Position numbers and translations under genes: made by a program. A stretch of 64,000 nucleotides of DNA from positions 1-64,000 of IMG/VR virus record IMGVR_UViG_3300017917_000784; one strand, given 5' to 3'. Numbering within the stretch: position 1 is the first letter of the stretch; each line of letters begins with the position of its first letter. The DNA comes from a virus. Shown in pieces: positions 9,231-17,021 of this stretch. The notes beneath the pieces are model-generated. The model was not told the DNA's origin. It did not search any database and saw only the letters and a list, made by a program, of their open reading frames with translations.

Positions 9231-10609
9231 GATTTCGTGACATAGAACCTAAAAAGTTAGTAGTCTTTGACATAGACGACACTCTAGTACACACCCAAAC
9301 TAAAGTACACGTAGTCAAGGATGGAAAAGTTGTTAAGAGTTTAAACAGTCACGACTTTACACACTATAAACTACAGCCTGGAGAAAAGTTTGACTTCGAG
9401 GATTTTCGTAGTGCTAAAGATTTTTTCGACAATCATAAGCCTATTATTCCTATGATGAATCAGCTCAAACGTGATATTGCTACAGGTAATAAAGTTGTAA
9501 TGGTTACTGCTCGTTCAGACTTCGATGATAAAGAATTATTCTTAGATACGTTTCGTAAGTATGGAATAGATATGAACAAAGTTCATGTCTATCGTGCAGG
9601 CAATATCAAAGACGGGTCAACAGAACAACGTAAAAAAACAATTATTAAAACATTGTTAGATAAAGGTAATTATACCAAAGCCATTATGTATGATGATGCG
9701 AAACCTAATCTACATAGTTTCATGGAATTAAAAAAGGATCATCCTCGTACACGCTTTTATGCATGGTTGGTTAGTCTCGATGGCGAAGCCTCTGAATACA
9801 TGCGAGAAGACCTTGTCAGCGAACGTAAAAAGAAAAGAAAAAAGAATAAAAGCAAACGTGTATACGGTGCAGTATGGGGACCAGGTCCTTATGGACTGTA
9901 CGGGTGGGATGCAGGATATAGCGGTAGTGGCGGAGTATCGTCTGGTGACGGCGGCGGTGTTGGCGAAGATATAGAAGAAGGTTGGAAAGATTGGGTAGCA
10001 GGTGCGGCACTAGGTGCGGCAGCATTAACTGCCAGCCCAGACGCTACAGCCAAAGTAGATAACAAAGCCGGTGTTATACAACAAGTTAACAAAAAAGATA
10101 TTGCTAAAACTGTAACAGGTTCGCCTCACGAAGTAGTATTAAAAAAATATGCAGAGAAAGCAGGAATAAAAGGTCAAGAACTTGCGGCGTTCTTAGCACA
10201 GTGCGCACATGAAACAATGAACTTTAAACACATGAAAGAGATCGGCGGTAGTTTAGACTTCCGTAAATACGATCCCAAATATGCACCTAAGAAGGCCAAA
10301 GCACTAGGCAATAAAGTTGTAGGTGACGGTGCCAAGTTTAAAGGAAGAGGATACATACAACTTACTGGTCGTTATAATTATAAACGTGCCGGAGAAGCGT
10401 TAGGATTACCTTTAGAAAAACATCCTGAATTAGTTGAAAAACCTGAAGTGGCTGCTAAGGTTGCCGTGTGGTATTGGCAAAATCGTGTTGCTCCAAAGGT
10501 TGATACATTTAAAGATGTTAGAGCAGTAACTAAACCTATTAACCCAGGTATGAAACATTTAGATCAAAGAAAAGAGAAACATCAAGCATTCCAGGTGGCC
10601 ATGAAATGA
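9227..10609 (+). CDS. Fusion of HAD phosphatase-like domain and GH19 chitinase/lysozyme domain
   Basis: N-term FDIDDTL / VTARS / YDD; C-term FLAQCAHET, FKGRGYIQLTGRYNY, AVWYW, TKPINPG. Confidence 0.8.
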   Translation: MRFRDIEPKKLVVFDIDDTLVHTQTKVHVVKDGKVVKSLNSHDFTHYKLQPGEKFDFEDFRSAKDFFDNHKPIIPMMNQLKRDIATGNKVVMVTARSDFDDKELFLDTFRKYGIDMNKVHVYRAGNIKDGSTEQRKKTIIKTLLDKGNYTKAIMYDDAKPNLHSFMELKKDHPRTRFYAWLVSLDGEASEYMREDLVSERKKKRKKNKSKRVYGAVWGPGPYGLYGWDAGYSGSGGVSSGDGGGVGEDIEEGWKDWVAGAALGAAALTASPDATAKVDNKAGVIQQVNKKDIAKTVTGSPHEVVLKKYAEKAGIKGQELAAFLAQCAHETMNFKHMKEIGGSLDFRKYDPKYAPKKAKALGNKVVGDGAKFKGRGYIQLTGRYNYKRAGEALGLPLEKHPELVEKPEVAAKVAVWYWQNRVAPKVDTFKDVRAVTKPINPGMKHLDQRKEKHQAFQVAMK

Positions 10610-11553
10610 GAGCAAAAGAATTTATCATAAAAAAGCAAATTGAAGATCAACATCCTAACGACACGCCTCAAGGTCCTGAGATTAAACCTACTATGCCTAA
10701 AGGCACAGTAAGAGTTGATGTCAGCGATGTGTACGATTGGTACAAACTTGGAATGCATATTGCTAATTTAAAAGGTTTAGGAAAACATGACTTTGGCAAA
10801 GGACCTCCCAGTACTATATTGTCTTTTGGCAGTGAGGAAGAAGAGCACGAGTATATTCAGGCTTTAAAACAAATTGGTTTAGATATTACAGATATAGATC
10901 CTGCGTATCACGATAAGAAAAAAGGACAAAAGACAGATCCTACCTATAATGTAGGAGAAAACTTTGCTGATGGTAAAAAGCCTGGACGTAAAGGATTGGC
11001 AAAACGTAGTGGTGTTAATACTAAAGCATCTGTTAGTAGTCTACGTAAAACTGCTAAAAATTCATCAGGCGAAAAACAGCGTATGGCGCACTGGTTGGCT
11101 AATATGAAAGCAGGCCGTGCTAAAAAGAAAACAAACGAGTCTGTAGATTTTGAACAGATGCAACCGCAGAATATTATAGCCGTAGCTCAACAGACATTTG
11201 CTAAACTTTATCCCAATGTTAAACTATACGGAAAGTCAGTAGTAGAAGGTGTAGGGTTAACAACACACAAAGGTGGAGCAGGCAGTGCCAGTGCATTTGC
11301 CGGTGGTGATACTCGACGTGGTGAGTTTTATCTTACCTTAAATGCCTATGCCGAAGGTGACGCAATGATTGTAGTTATTGAAGATGCCACCGCTGGCAAC
11401 TACAAAGGTGCCGCTACTGCTATTATCAAGTCATTGTTCGAAGCAGGCGAAAGACTATACAAAACAGAACAACGTGAATTAGTGGTTAACGATAATTCAA
11501 ATTACGATGCATGGTCTACTATTGCTGATCGTGTAGGTGCAGAGTTACTATGA
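10606..11553 (+). CDS. Modular hypothetical protein, C-terminus possibly GNAT-like
   Basis: MRAKEF N-terminus; basic NFADGKK module; YKGAAT...N.DAW reminiscent of GNAT motif A. Confidence 0.6.
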   Translation: MRAKEFIIKKQIEDQHPNDTPQGPEIKPTMPKGTVRVDVSDVYDWYKLGMHIANLKGLGKHDFGKGPPSTILSFGSEEEEHEYIQALKQIGLDITDIDPAYHDKKKGQKTDPTYNVGENFADGKKPGRKGLAKRSGVNTKASVSSLRKTAKNSSGEKQRMAHWLANMKAGRAKKKTNESVDFEQMQPQNIIAVAQQTFAKLYPNVKLYGKSVVEGVGLTTHKGGAGSASAFAGGDTRRGEFYLTLNAYAEGDAMIVVIEDATAGNYKGAATAIIKSLFEAGERLYKTEQRELVVNDNSNYDAWSTIADRVGAELL

Positions 11554-11999
11554 GAGCGAAAGAGTTTGTTACCGAACAACAATTAGACGAACTGTTTAAA
11601 CCAGGTCAGCAATGGGATTGGAAATTTACCGGCTACAGTGAAGCCGTTGCTTCGTTTAAAGTGGGTGACGTTCCTTATGAGTTTCATGCTGATCATGCCG
11701 GCGATGGAGAATGGGACGTGGAATTCAAACGTATTGGTTACGACCTTGATAAATCGCAAAAATACGGTTTAACTGGCACAGGACGCAGTGCCGAAGTTAT
11801 GAGCGTTGTAGTTGACATCATGCGTTCTTTTTTAAAAGATTATAAAGATGATATAGAAATATTAAGATTTTCAGCCAAGGAAGGTTCGCGCCGAGATCTT
11901 TATAGTAAAATGATTAGTCGATTACTGCCTAACTGGAAACTAGAACAAGATGGCGAAACCTTTGTACTACGTGCTCCTAATCCGTATAAAGGTCAATAA
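11550..11999 (+). CDS. Hypothetical protein
   Basis: MRAKEFVTE N-terminus; ATGA coupling with the previous gene. Confidence 0.7.
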   Translation: MRAKEFVTEQQLDELFKPGQQWDWKFTGYSEAVASFKVGDVPYEFHADHAGDGEWDVEFKRIGYDLDKSQKYGLTGTGRSAEVMSVVVDIMRSFLKDYKDDIEILRFSAKEGSRRDLYSKMISRLLPNWKLEQDGETFVLRAPNPYKGQ

Positions 12000-12004
12000 G
12001 ATAC

Positions 12005-12012
12005 AATAAATA
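12005..12012 (+). promoter_or_regulatory. T4 late-like promoter (AATAAATA)
   Basis: ATAAATA in a short intergenic gap. Confidence 0.45.
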
Positions 12013-12019
12013 TTACATT

Positions 12020-12649
12020 ATGAAACTATACGAAATTATCTCAGAATCCAAAAAAGTCGAGGCTCCTAAGCCACGTAATTTTGTTGCTAAAAATGCTGTA
12101 AGCACTACATCGGGTGCTGGCGCACACAAAGATAAAAAGAAAGCCGAAAAACAAGGCGATTTTAAACATAAGAAAGAAAAAGTTCCTATGGACGAAGCAG
12201 GTTTTTTCGGAGGGGGCGGAAGTTTTAGCAGAGGCTGGAAAGTAGGAGGTGGAAGACACCGAGATCCGGAAGATTGGGACGAAGGTAACACAGAACCACC
12301 TAATAATTTTGCTGTTTACATTAACGGCAAAAAGTGGAAAGTATTTAAAGGTCGCGGACAATTTGCTGACGACTACAAAGAAATACAGCATTTTCGACAA
12401 CTTCGAAACTGGGCACAGGCAAAATCTGCGTCTACTGGCAAAAAATGGGAAGTTTTTGTCACCGGCGAGCCTGCCACAGAAAGTATGCAGGAAACTGCTA
12501 CAGCAGGTGCTACTAGTGCCGGTAATGTTGGAGTAGGTGCAATTTATAAAAATAAACCCGGTAAAACACCTAAAAACAAGGATGGTACTGCAAAAAACGC
12601 CCTAGATATGAAAAACAATCTGCTCACCGGCGGTAGTGTTAAACGATAA
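12020..12649 (+). CDS. Modular basic hypothetical protein
   Basis: MKLYEIISE N-terminus; several Glu-bounded Lys-rich segments. Confidence 0.7.
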   Translation: MKLYEIISESKKVEAPKPRNFVAKNAVSTTSGAGAHKDKKKAEKQGDFKHKKEKVPMDEAGFFGGGGSFSRGWKVGGGRHRDPEDWDEGNTEPPNNFAVYINGKKWKVFKGRGQFADDYKEIQHFRQLRNWAQAKSASTGKKWEVFVTGEPATESMQETATAGATSAGNVGVGAIYKNKPGKTPKNKDGTAKNALDMKNNLLTGGSVKR

Positions 12650-12652
12650 ATA
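12645..12652 (+). promoter_or_regulatory. T4 late-like promoter (GATAAATA)
   Basis: ATAAATA overlapping the stop codon, upstream of AGGAG SD. Confidence 0.5.
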
Positions 12653-12667
12653 CAGTATCAGGAGATT

Positions 12668-13642
12668 ATGATGCACGACGAAATGAAACCACAAATGCCC
12701 GTAGATGACAGCGAAGTCCGTATGGCTCGCGCTGAGTTATATAGAGCCGCTAAAAATTCTATGAAACTTTTTGAAATGATTCAAGAAGGGCAAGAATTAG
12801 AGGGCTGGGTTAGTGCTAAGATTACAAAGGCAGCAGACTACCTAGATTCAGTGTATCATTACATGGAATATCAAGTAAAATTTGGTCAAGGCGGAACTGC
12901 TTCTAGCCTAGACGATATCACATCCGACGCCACAATGGCTGTTAAAAGTGAAGTTTCTGAAGAGGACGATGAAAAAGAAATGAAAGAATCCGCATACCAA
13001 CAAAAACTACAGGCCCTGTTAGAAGGTGCTATGAAGAAGGTCAAAGGCAAAAAAGCCGAAGAAAAGAAAGATGAAAAAATGGACGAAGCCACTGGCTTTC
13101 GTGCTGGAGATAAGAAAAAAGGTAAAGTTGAAAAAACAACTCGCAAAGCCTATTTCTTAAAGTTTGAAAAAGACGGTCGTACTAAAGGTGTAACAATGGT
13201 TGCAGACGAAGGCGAAAGTTTAGGAGATATGAAGGATCGTGCCAAGCGTGAAAACATGGGTTGGTCATTAGTCAGCGTTCGTGAAAAAGAAGCAGTAGAA
13301 GAAAGCAAACACGAAGACGCTAAGAACGCCGAAGAAGAAAAACGTAAGAAAGAAGAAAAGAAAAAGAAAATCGCTAAGATTGTAGACGAAGGAAAGAGCG
13401 AAGCACAAAAGGCTGCTCAAGAAAAATTCAAAGCCATGATTTCTAAAAAGAAGGGCGACAAGAAAGACGACAAAGAAGTTAAAGAAGCAAAGAAAGCCAA
13501 ACCAGACTTTCTAGATGTCGATAAAGACGGTGACAAAAAAGAACCTATGAAGAAGGCTGTTGCTGATAAAAAAGAAGTTAAAGAAAGTGCAGAACTTTCT
13601 GACATTCTTAAACTAGCAGGTCGTCGTCCAATTAACGGTTAA
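12668..13642 (+). CDS. Lys/Glu-rich protein, putative prohead core/internal protein
   Basis: LEGWVSAKITKAADYL segment, many VKE|A-type sites, PDFLDVDKDGDKKE module. Confidence 0.7.
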   Translation: MMHDEMKPQMPVDDSEVRMARAELYRAAKNSMKLFEMIQEGQELEGWVSAKITKAADYLDSVYHYMEYQVKFGQGGTASSLDDITSDATMAVKSEVSEEDDEKEMKESAYQQKLQALLEGAMKKVKGKKAEEKKDEKMDEATGFRAGDKKKGKVEKTTRKAYFLKFEKDGRTKGVTMVADEGESLGDMKDRAKRENMGWSLVSVREKEAVEESKHEDAKNAEEEKRKKEEKKKKIAKIVDEGKSEAQKAAQEKFKAMISKKKGDKKDDKEVKEAKKAKPDFLDVDKDGDKKEPMKKAVADKKEVKESAELSDILKLAGRRPING

Positions 13643-13652
13643 GGATTAAGTT

Positions 13653-14288
13653 ATGGACATGAAACAGATTCTTGCTGCCTTTGACAGTGCTGGTAAAAAG
13701 CCTGTTACGGGCGCCAACGACATGAAAAAGTTCGTGTCTATTATCAAAGAAAATTCTGCTCCAAAGCAGGAAGCAGTTATTACAGGGTTTGAAGAAGATA
13801 GTATTGGCGGACAGGCTAATGCGTTTCTTATTTCCGCTGATAAGATCAACGACATGGTCATGAGCGAAATTGAAAAAGTTAAAATCAATGCTAACCCAGA
13901 ATTACTAAAAGGTCTGATGAACAAGTTTAACGAATTTATGACTGCTTATCACAGCGTAGGTAAAGAGATTCTTCAACCAGATATGTTTAAAGATGACGTT
14001 AATGTTGAAGAAGGTGCCGCAGAAGATCTAGCACAGATTGAAAAACATCCTGCCGCAGACGATCCACGTATTCAGCAGGCTGTAGCAGACAAGAAAAAAG
14101 AACTTGATACTAAAGAAGAAGGCATACACAATGGCCTAGCATTTAAAGACTATTTTGCTTTAGAAGAAGCCAAAAAGAAAATTACTGCCAGTGAAGATCC
14201 TTGTTGGAAAGGTTACAAGATGGTAGGCACTAAGAAAAAAGGCGGCAAAGAAGTGCCTAATTGTGTGCCAGGTAAGAAGGGTGATTAA
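13653..14288 (+). CDS. Modular hypothetical protein
   Basis: AAGGA SD; C-terminal DPCWKGYKMVG...VPNCVP module. Confidence 0.7.
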   Translation: MDMKQILAAFDSAGKKPVTGANDMKKFVSIIKENSAPKQEAVITGFEEDSIGGQANAFLISADKINDMVMSEIEKVKINANPELLKGLMNKFNEFMTAYHSVGKEILQPDMFKDDVNVEEGAAEDLAQIEKHPAADDPRIQQAVADKKKELDTKEEGIHNGLAFKDYFALEEAKKKITASEDPCWKGYKMVGTKKKGGKEVPNCVPGKKGD

Positions 14289-15563
14289 ATGAAGATTCAA
14301 GAGTTTTACATTGGTAACTTAGACGAATTACGATTCGATCGTAACACTGGCAAACCAATAAGAGATCGTAGTAAAGATATCACTCCTTTTGTACGAGCAT
14401 TTAAAAATTTAGATAGTGGTGCTGAACCTAAAAGCGATATCGAATGGGCAGTTAAACTAGTAATGGACGGTGCTAGTATCGAGTCTCCAAATTTGACATA
14501 CAAACTGGAAGACGATTACGGTGTTCCTAGAGGACATGGGAAATCTGTATATGATTTAATGCGTCAAACACCTAGTATTGAAGAATTAGAAAAGGCTGCT
14601 AGAGATAAGGAAGTTACTGCACAGCAACAACAACAGTCTGACCAACTAAGTGCATTACAGCACAATATGACTGTTCAACAACTAATCCGTCAAAATCAAC
14701 TAGCAGACGCAGACGCAGAAGCCATGTTAAAAATGGATGTTGAGGCACGTCAGGCCATTCGTGAACGTATGCAGGCTATGGAACTAGAATCTAAAGAACG
14801 TTTAGCCAAGGTTGAAATTGATATTCGTAACAGCAAAGAGCCAGAAGCAGAACGTGCCCAAGCACTTGAGATGGCAAAACAAACTCATGTTCACGAATTA
14901 GAAGTTATTAAAGTTACTGCCGAGGGCGAATATAAGAAAGCCAAACTAGAAGCAGACTATCAAATCAAAATTAAAGAATTAGAAAATATCGATAATGCTG
15001 GCGAACGTCAGAATCGCTTAGATGTTATTAACACAGAAAAACAAAAAGAATTGGCTATTATCGATAAAGAAACCAGCGCCGCTATCGCTAAAATGCAGGC
15101 AGGTGCAGATATTAATCGACAAGAAAGCGATACACGTATCCGTGAAGAATTCATGATGACATTTAAACCTGTTTGGGGCAACTTGCTAGACAAGGCCAGC
15201 CAAGTAGGAAAGACTGTAGGACAAAACATCAGCGCCGTTATGGGCGCACTAGGACGATTAGCGAGACCAATTATGCCAAAAGCCGAATCAAAAGACTCTA
15301 TTTCATATTTTAGAAACCTTGTAGATAACATGCAAGCATCAACTACAACACCAACAAAAAACATTCCTAATCTTCAAAAAGAATTTAAAGTTGGACAAAC
15401 CGTTGAATTTGGTCACTTTCTTAAAATGGACAAACATCGAGTAGGTAAGATTGTTAATATAGATGATCATCTGCTAACTATAGATGTAGACGGGGAACTT
15501 GTAAAAGTTCACATTGGTAATAAGAGTTTAGCAATTAACATTATAGATGAAAAACAAGTATGA
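14289..15563 (+). CDS. Coiled-coil-rich hypothetical protein
   Basis: MKIQEF N-terminus; long Q/E/A helical region; small beta-rich C-terminal domain. Confidence 0.7.
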   Translation: MKIQEFYIGNLDELRFDRNTGKPIRDRSKDITPFVRAFKNLDSGAEPKSDIEWAVKLVMDGASIESPNLTYKLEDDYGVPRGHGKSVYDLMRQTPSIEELEKAARDKEVTAQQQQQSDQLSALQHNMTVQQLIRQNQLADADAEAMLKMDVEARQAIRERMQAMELESKERLAKVEIDIRNSKEPEAERAQALEMAKQTHVHELEVIKVTAEGEYKKAKLEADYQIKIKELENIDNAGERQNRLDVINTEKQKELAIIDKETSAAIAKMQAGADINRQESDTRIREEFMMTFKPVWGNLLDKASQVGKTVGQNISAVMGALGRLARPIMPKAESKDSISYFRNLVDNMQASTTTPTKNIPNLQKEFKVGQTVEFGHFLKMDKHRVGKIVNIDDHLLTIDVDGELVKVHIGNKSLAINIIDEKQV

Positions 15564-15949
15564 AAATTGTATCCATCCTTTTAATCAGTTTAACACTTTC
15601 AGGTTGTGCTACTGTTAAAGGATGGATTCCAAGTTTTTGGGATGATAATCAATCTGCAAGAATTGTAGATGTTAGACATAAAATAGAAAACTTAGATTGT
15701 TCAAAAGATCAACTACCTCAGGTCGTTGCCATACGAGCTGATCTAGAATGGTTTCAGTTATACAGTGAAAGCAAAGGTTGGCGCCAAGCAGATGTGTTAC
15801 GTGTTGTTAAACCCATGCAGGAAACTGTAGAAGACATGTATAAAAGAGCGCAGAATAATCAAGGTAGTAAAACTTACTGCGAACTTAAAAAGAAAATTAT
15901 GCAACAGCAGAGCAAACGTGCTGCCGAAGCAGTGCTAAGGAGATTTTAA
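15560..15949 (+). CDS. Putative lipoprotein
   Basis: Signal peptide ending in lipobox LSG|C. Confidence 0.7.
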   Translation: MKIVSILLISLTLSGCATVKGWIPSFWDDNQSARIVDVRHKIENLDCSKDQLPQVVAIRADLEWFQLYSESKGWRQADVLRVVKPMQETVEDMYKRAQNNQGSKTYCELKKKIMQQQSKRAAEAVLRRF

Positions 15950-16183
15950 ATGATAGAACAACTACAAGTACTATGTGGTGCTCCTGATCCTGCTATTGCT
16001 GGCCGAGCACAGATGGCTCTTCAAATTACAGAAGCCGCACAACGTGGCGAAATCAGTCAAGACGAATACAAAGAATTAATGTTGGATCTTGTACGTTCTG
16101 ATAAATTAAATGAAGAATGTAGTGATTTAGAAATGAAAACAATGTTAGTAACAGCAGTATACGCTGTAGCACAGGTAGCATAA
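15950..16183 (+). CDS. Hypothetical protein
   Basis: AAGGAG SD; follows the lipoprotein directly. Confidence 0.7.
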   Translation: MIEQLQVLCGAPDPAIAGRAQMALQITEAAQRGEISQDEYKELMLDLVRSDKLNEECSDLEMKTMLVTAVYAVAQVA

Positions 16184-16184
16184 A

Positions 16185-16619
16185 ATGGACGATTTACGTA
16201 AAGCACTTAAAATAGCATTTGCATCAGAATTTGCTTATTATTTAAAAGCACATTATTTCCACTGGAATGTGGAAGGTGCAGACTTTAAACAATATCACGA
16301 TTTGTTCGGCGATATCTATGAAGAAGTCTATGGTAGCATCGACGAATTTGCAGAAAATATTCGTAAGACCGGTGGCTACACTCCAGGCAGTTTTGAACGT
16401 TTTAGTATGTTGAGTCGCATAGAAGACGAAACAGCAGTTCCTACTGCATTAGATATGGTTAAAGAATTATTAGACGATTCTGAAAAGATGGCTAATATTT
16501 TTAAATTAGTTTTTGACCTAGCAGAAAAATATGGCGAACATGGCCTTGCAGATTTTCTAGCAGGACGTCAGGATGCACATCGCAAACACGCATGGATGTT
16601 GAGGGCCACATTAAAATGA
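16185..16619 (+). CDS. dps: Dps/ferritin-like DNA-protection protein
   Basis: HYFHWNVEG..F..YH..F...YEE....IDEFAE and C-terminal KHAWML. Confidence 0.93.
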   Translation: MDDLRKALKIAFASEFAYYLKAHYFHWNVEGADFKQYHDLFGDIYEEVYGSIDEFAENIRKTGGYTPGSFERFSMLSRIEDETAVPTALDMVKELLDDSEKMANIFKLVFDLAEKYGEHGLADFLAGRQDAHRKHAWMLRATLK

Positions 16620-16801
16620 AAGATTTAACTCTAGCAGATTACATCAAAAGAACGATGGAAAAATTAGAAGTTGATAAACAAAGAGTGGTCGAAAACAGAA
16701 ACGTGTGGAACGATCCAGAACTAGCAAAACAAGATACTTACAACGTATATCCCGAAGATGATGGAACAGATCGTTCAAACAACCCTTACAGTAATCATTG
16801 A
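16616..16801 (+). CDS. Hypothetical protein
   Basis: ATGA coupling with dps. Confidence 0.55.
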   Translation: MKDLTLADYIKRTMEKLEVDKQRVVENRNVWNDPELAKQDTYNVYPEDDGTDRSNNPYSNH

Positions 16802-16810
16802 AACATTAGC

Positions 16811-16960
16811 AAGGTTCGGCTGCGGACTAGCAGGCTTACCTTACGACCCAGACACACCTTAGGACCGCTATGGTGCGTGGCCGGCTGCTGGCCTAACTGA
16901 CAGGATTCGCTACCCTTGTAGGTTTAAAGTGAGCATTTTTGTCCTAAACACTTAAAACCT
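16811..16960 (+). ncRNA. Candidate structured non-coding RNA / cis-regulatory element
   Basis: GC-rich intergenic stretch with several hairpins and mutually exclusive long-range pairings (see findings). Confidence 0.45.
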
Positions 16961-16987
16961 TTGTCCAAGTGCGGTGCCGCAAAATAC

Positions 16988-16995
16988 GATAAATA
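16988..16995 (+). promoter_or_regulatory. T4 late-like promoter (GATAAATA) upstream of aceA
   Basis: ATAAATA 27 bp upstream of the ATG, before AAGGAG SD; overlaps a weak TTGTCC-18-TACGAT sigma70-like pair. Confidence 0.45.
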
Positions 16996-17021
16996 CTTGC
17001 TCACACTAAGGAGATCCAGAC

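Noticed and set aside
15560-16183. Spanin pair
   Set aside because: No upstream inner-membrane coiled-coil i-spanin overlapping the lipoprotein, and the lipoprotein is not Pro-rich.
16851-16935. Possible tRNA (three hairpins, TTCG)
   Set aside because: No 7-bp acceptor stem, canonical D/T loops or CCA; kept only as an unclassified structured RNA candidate.
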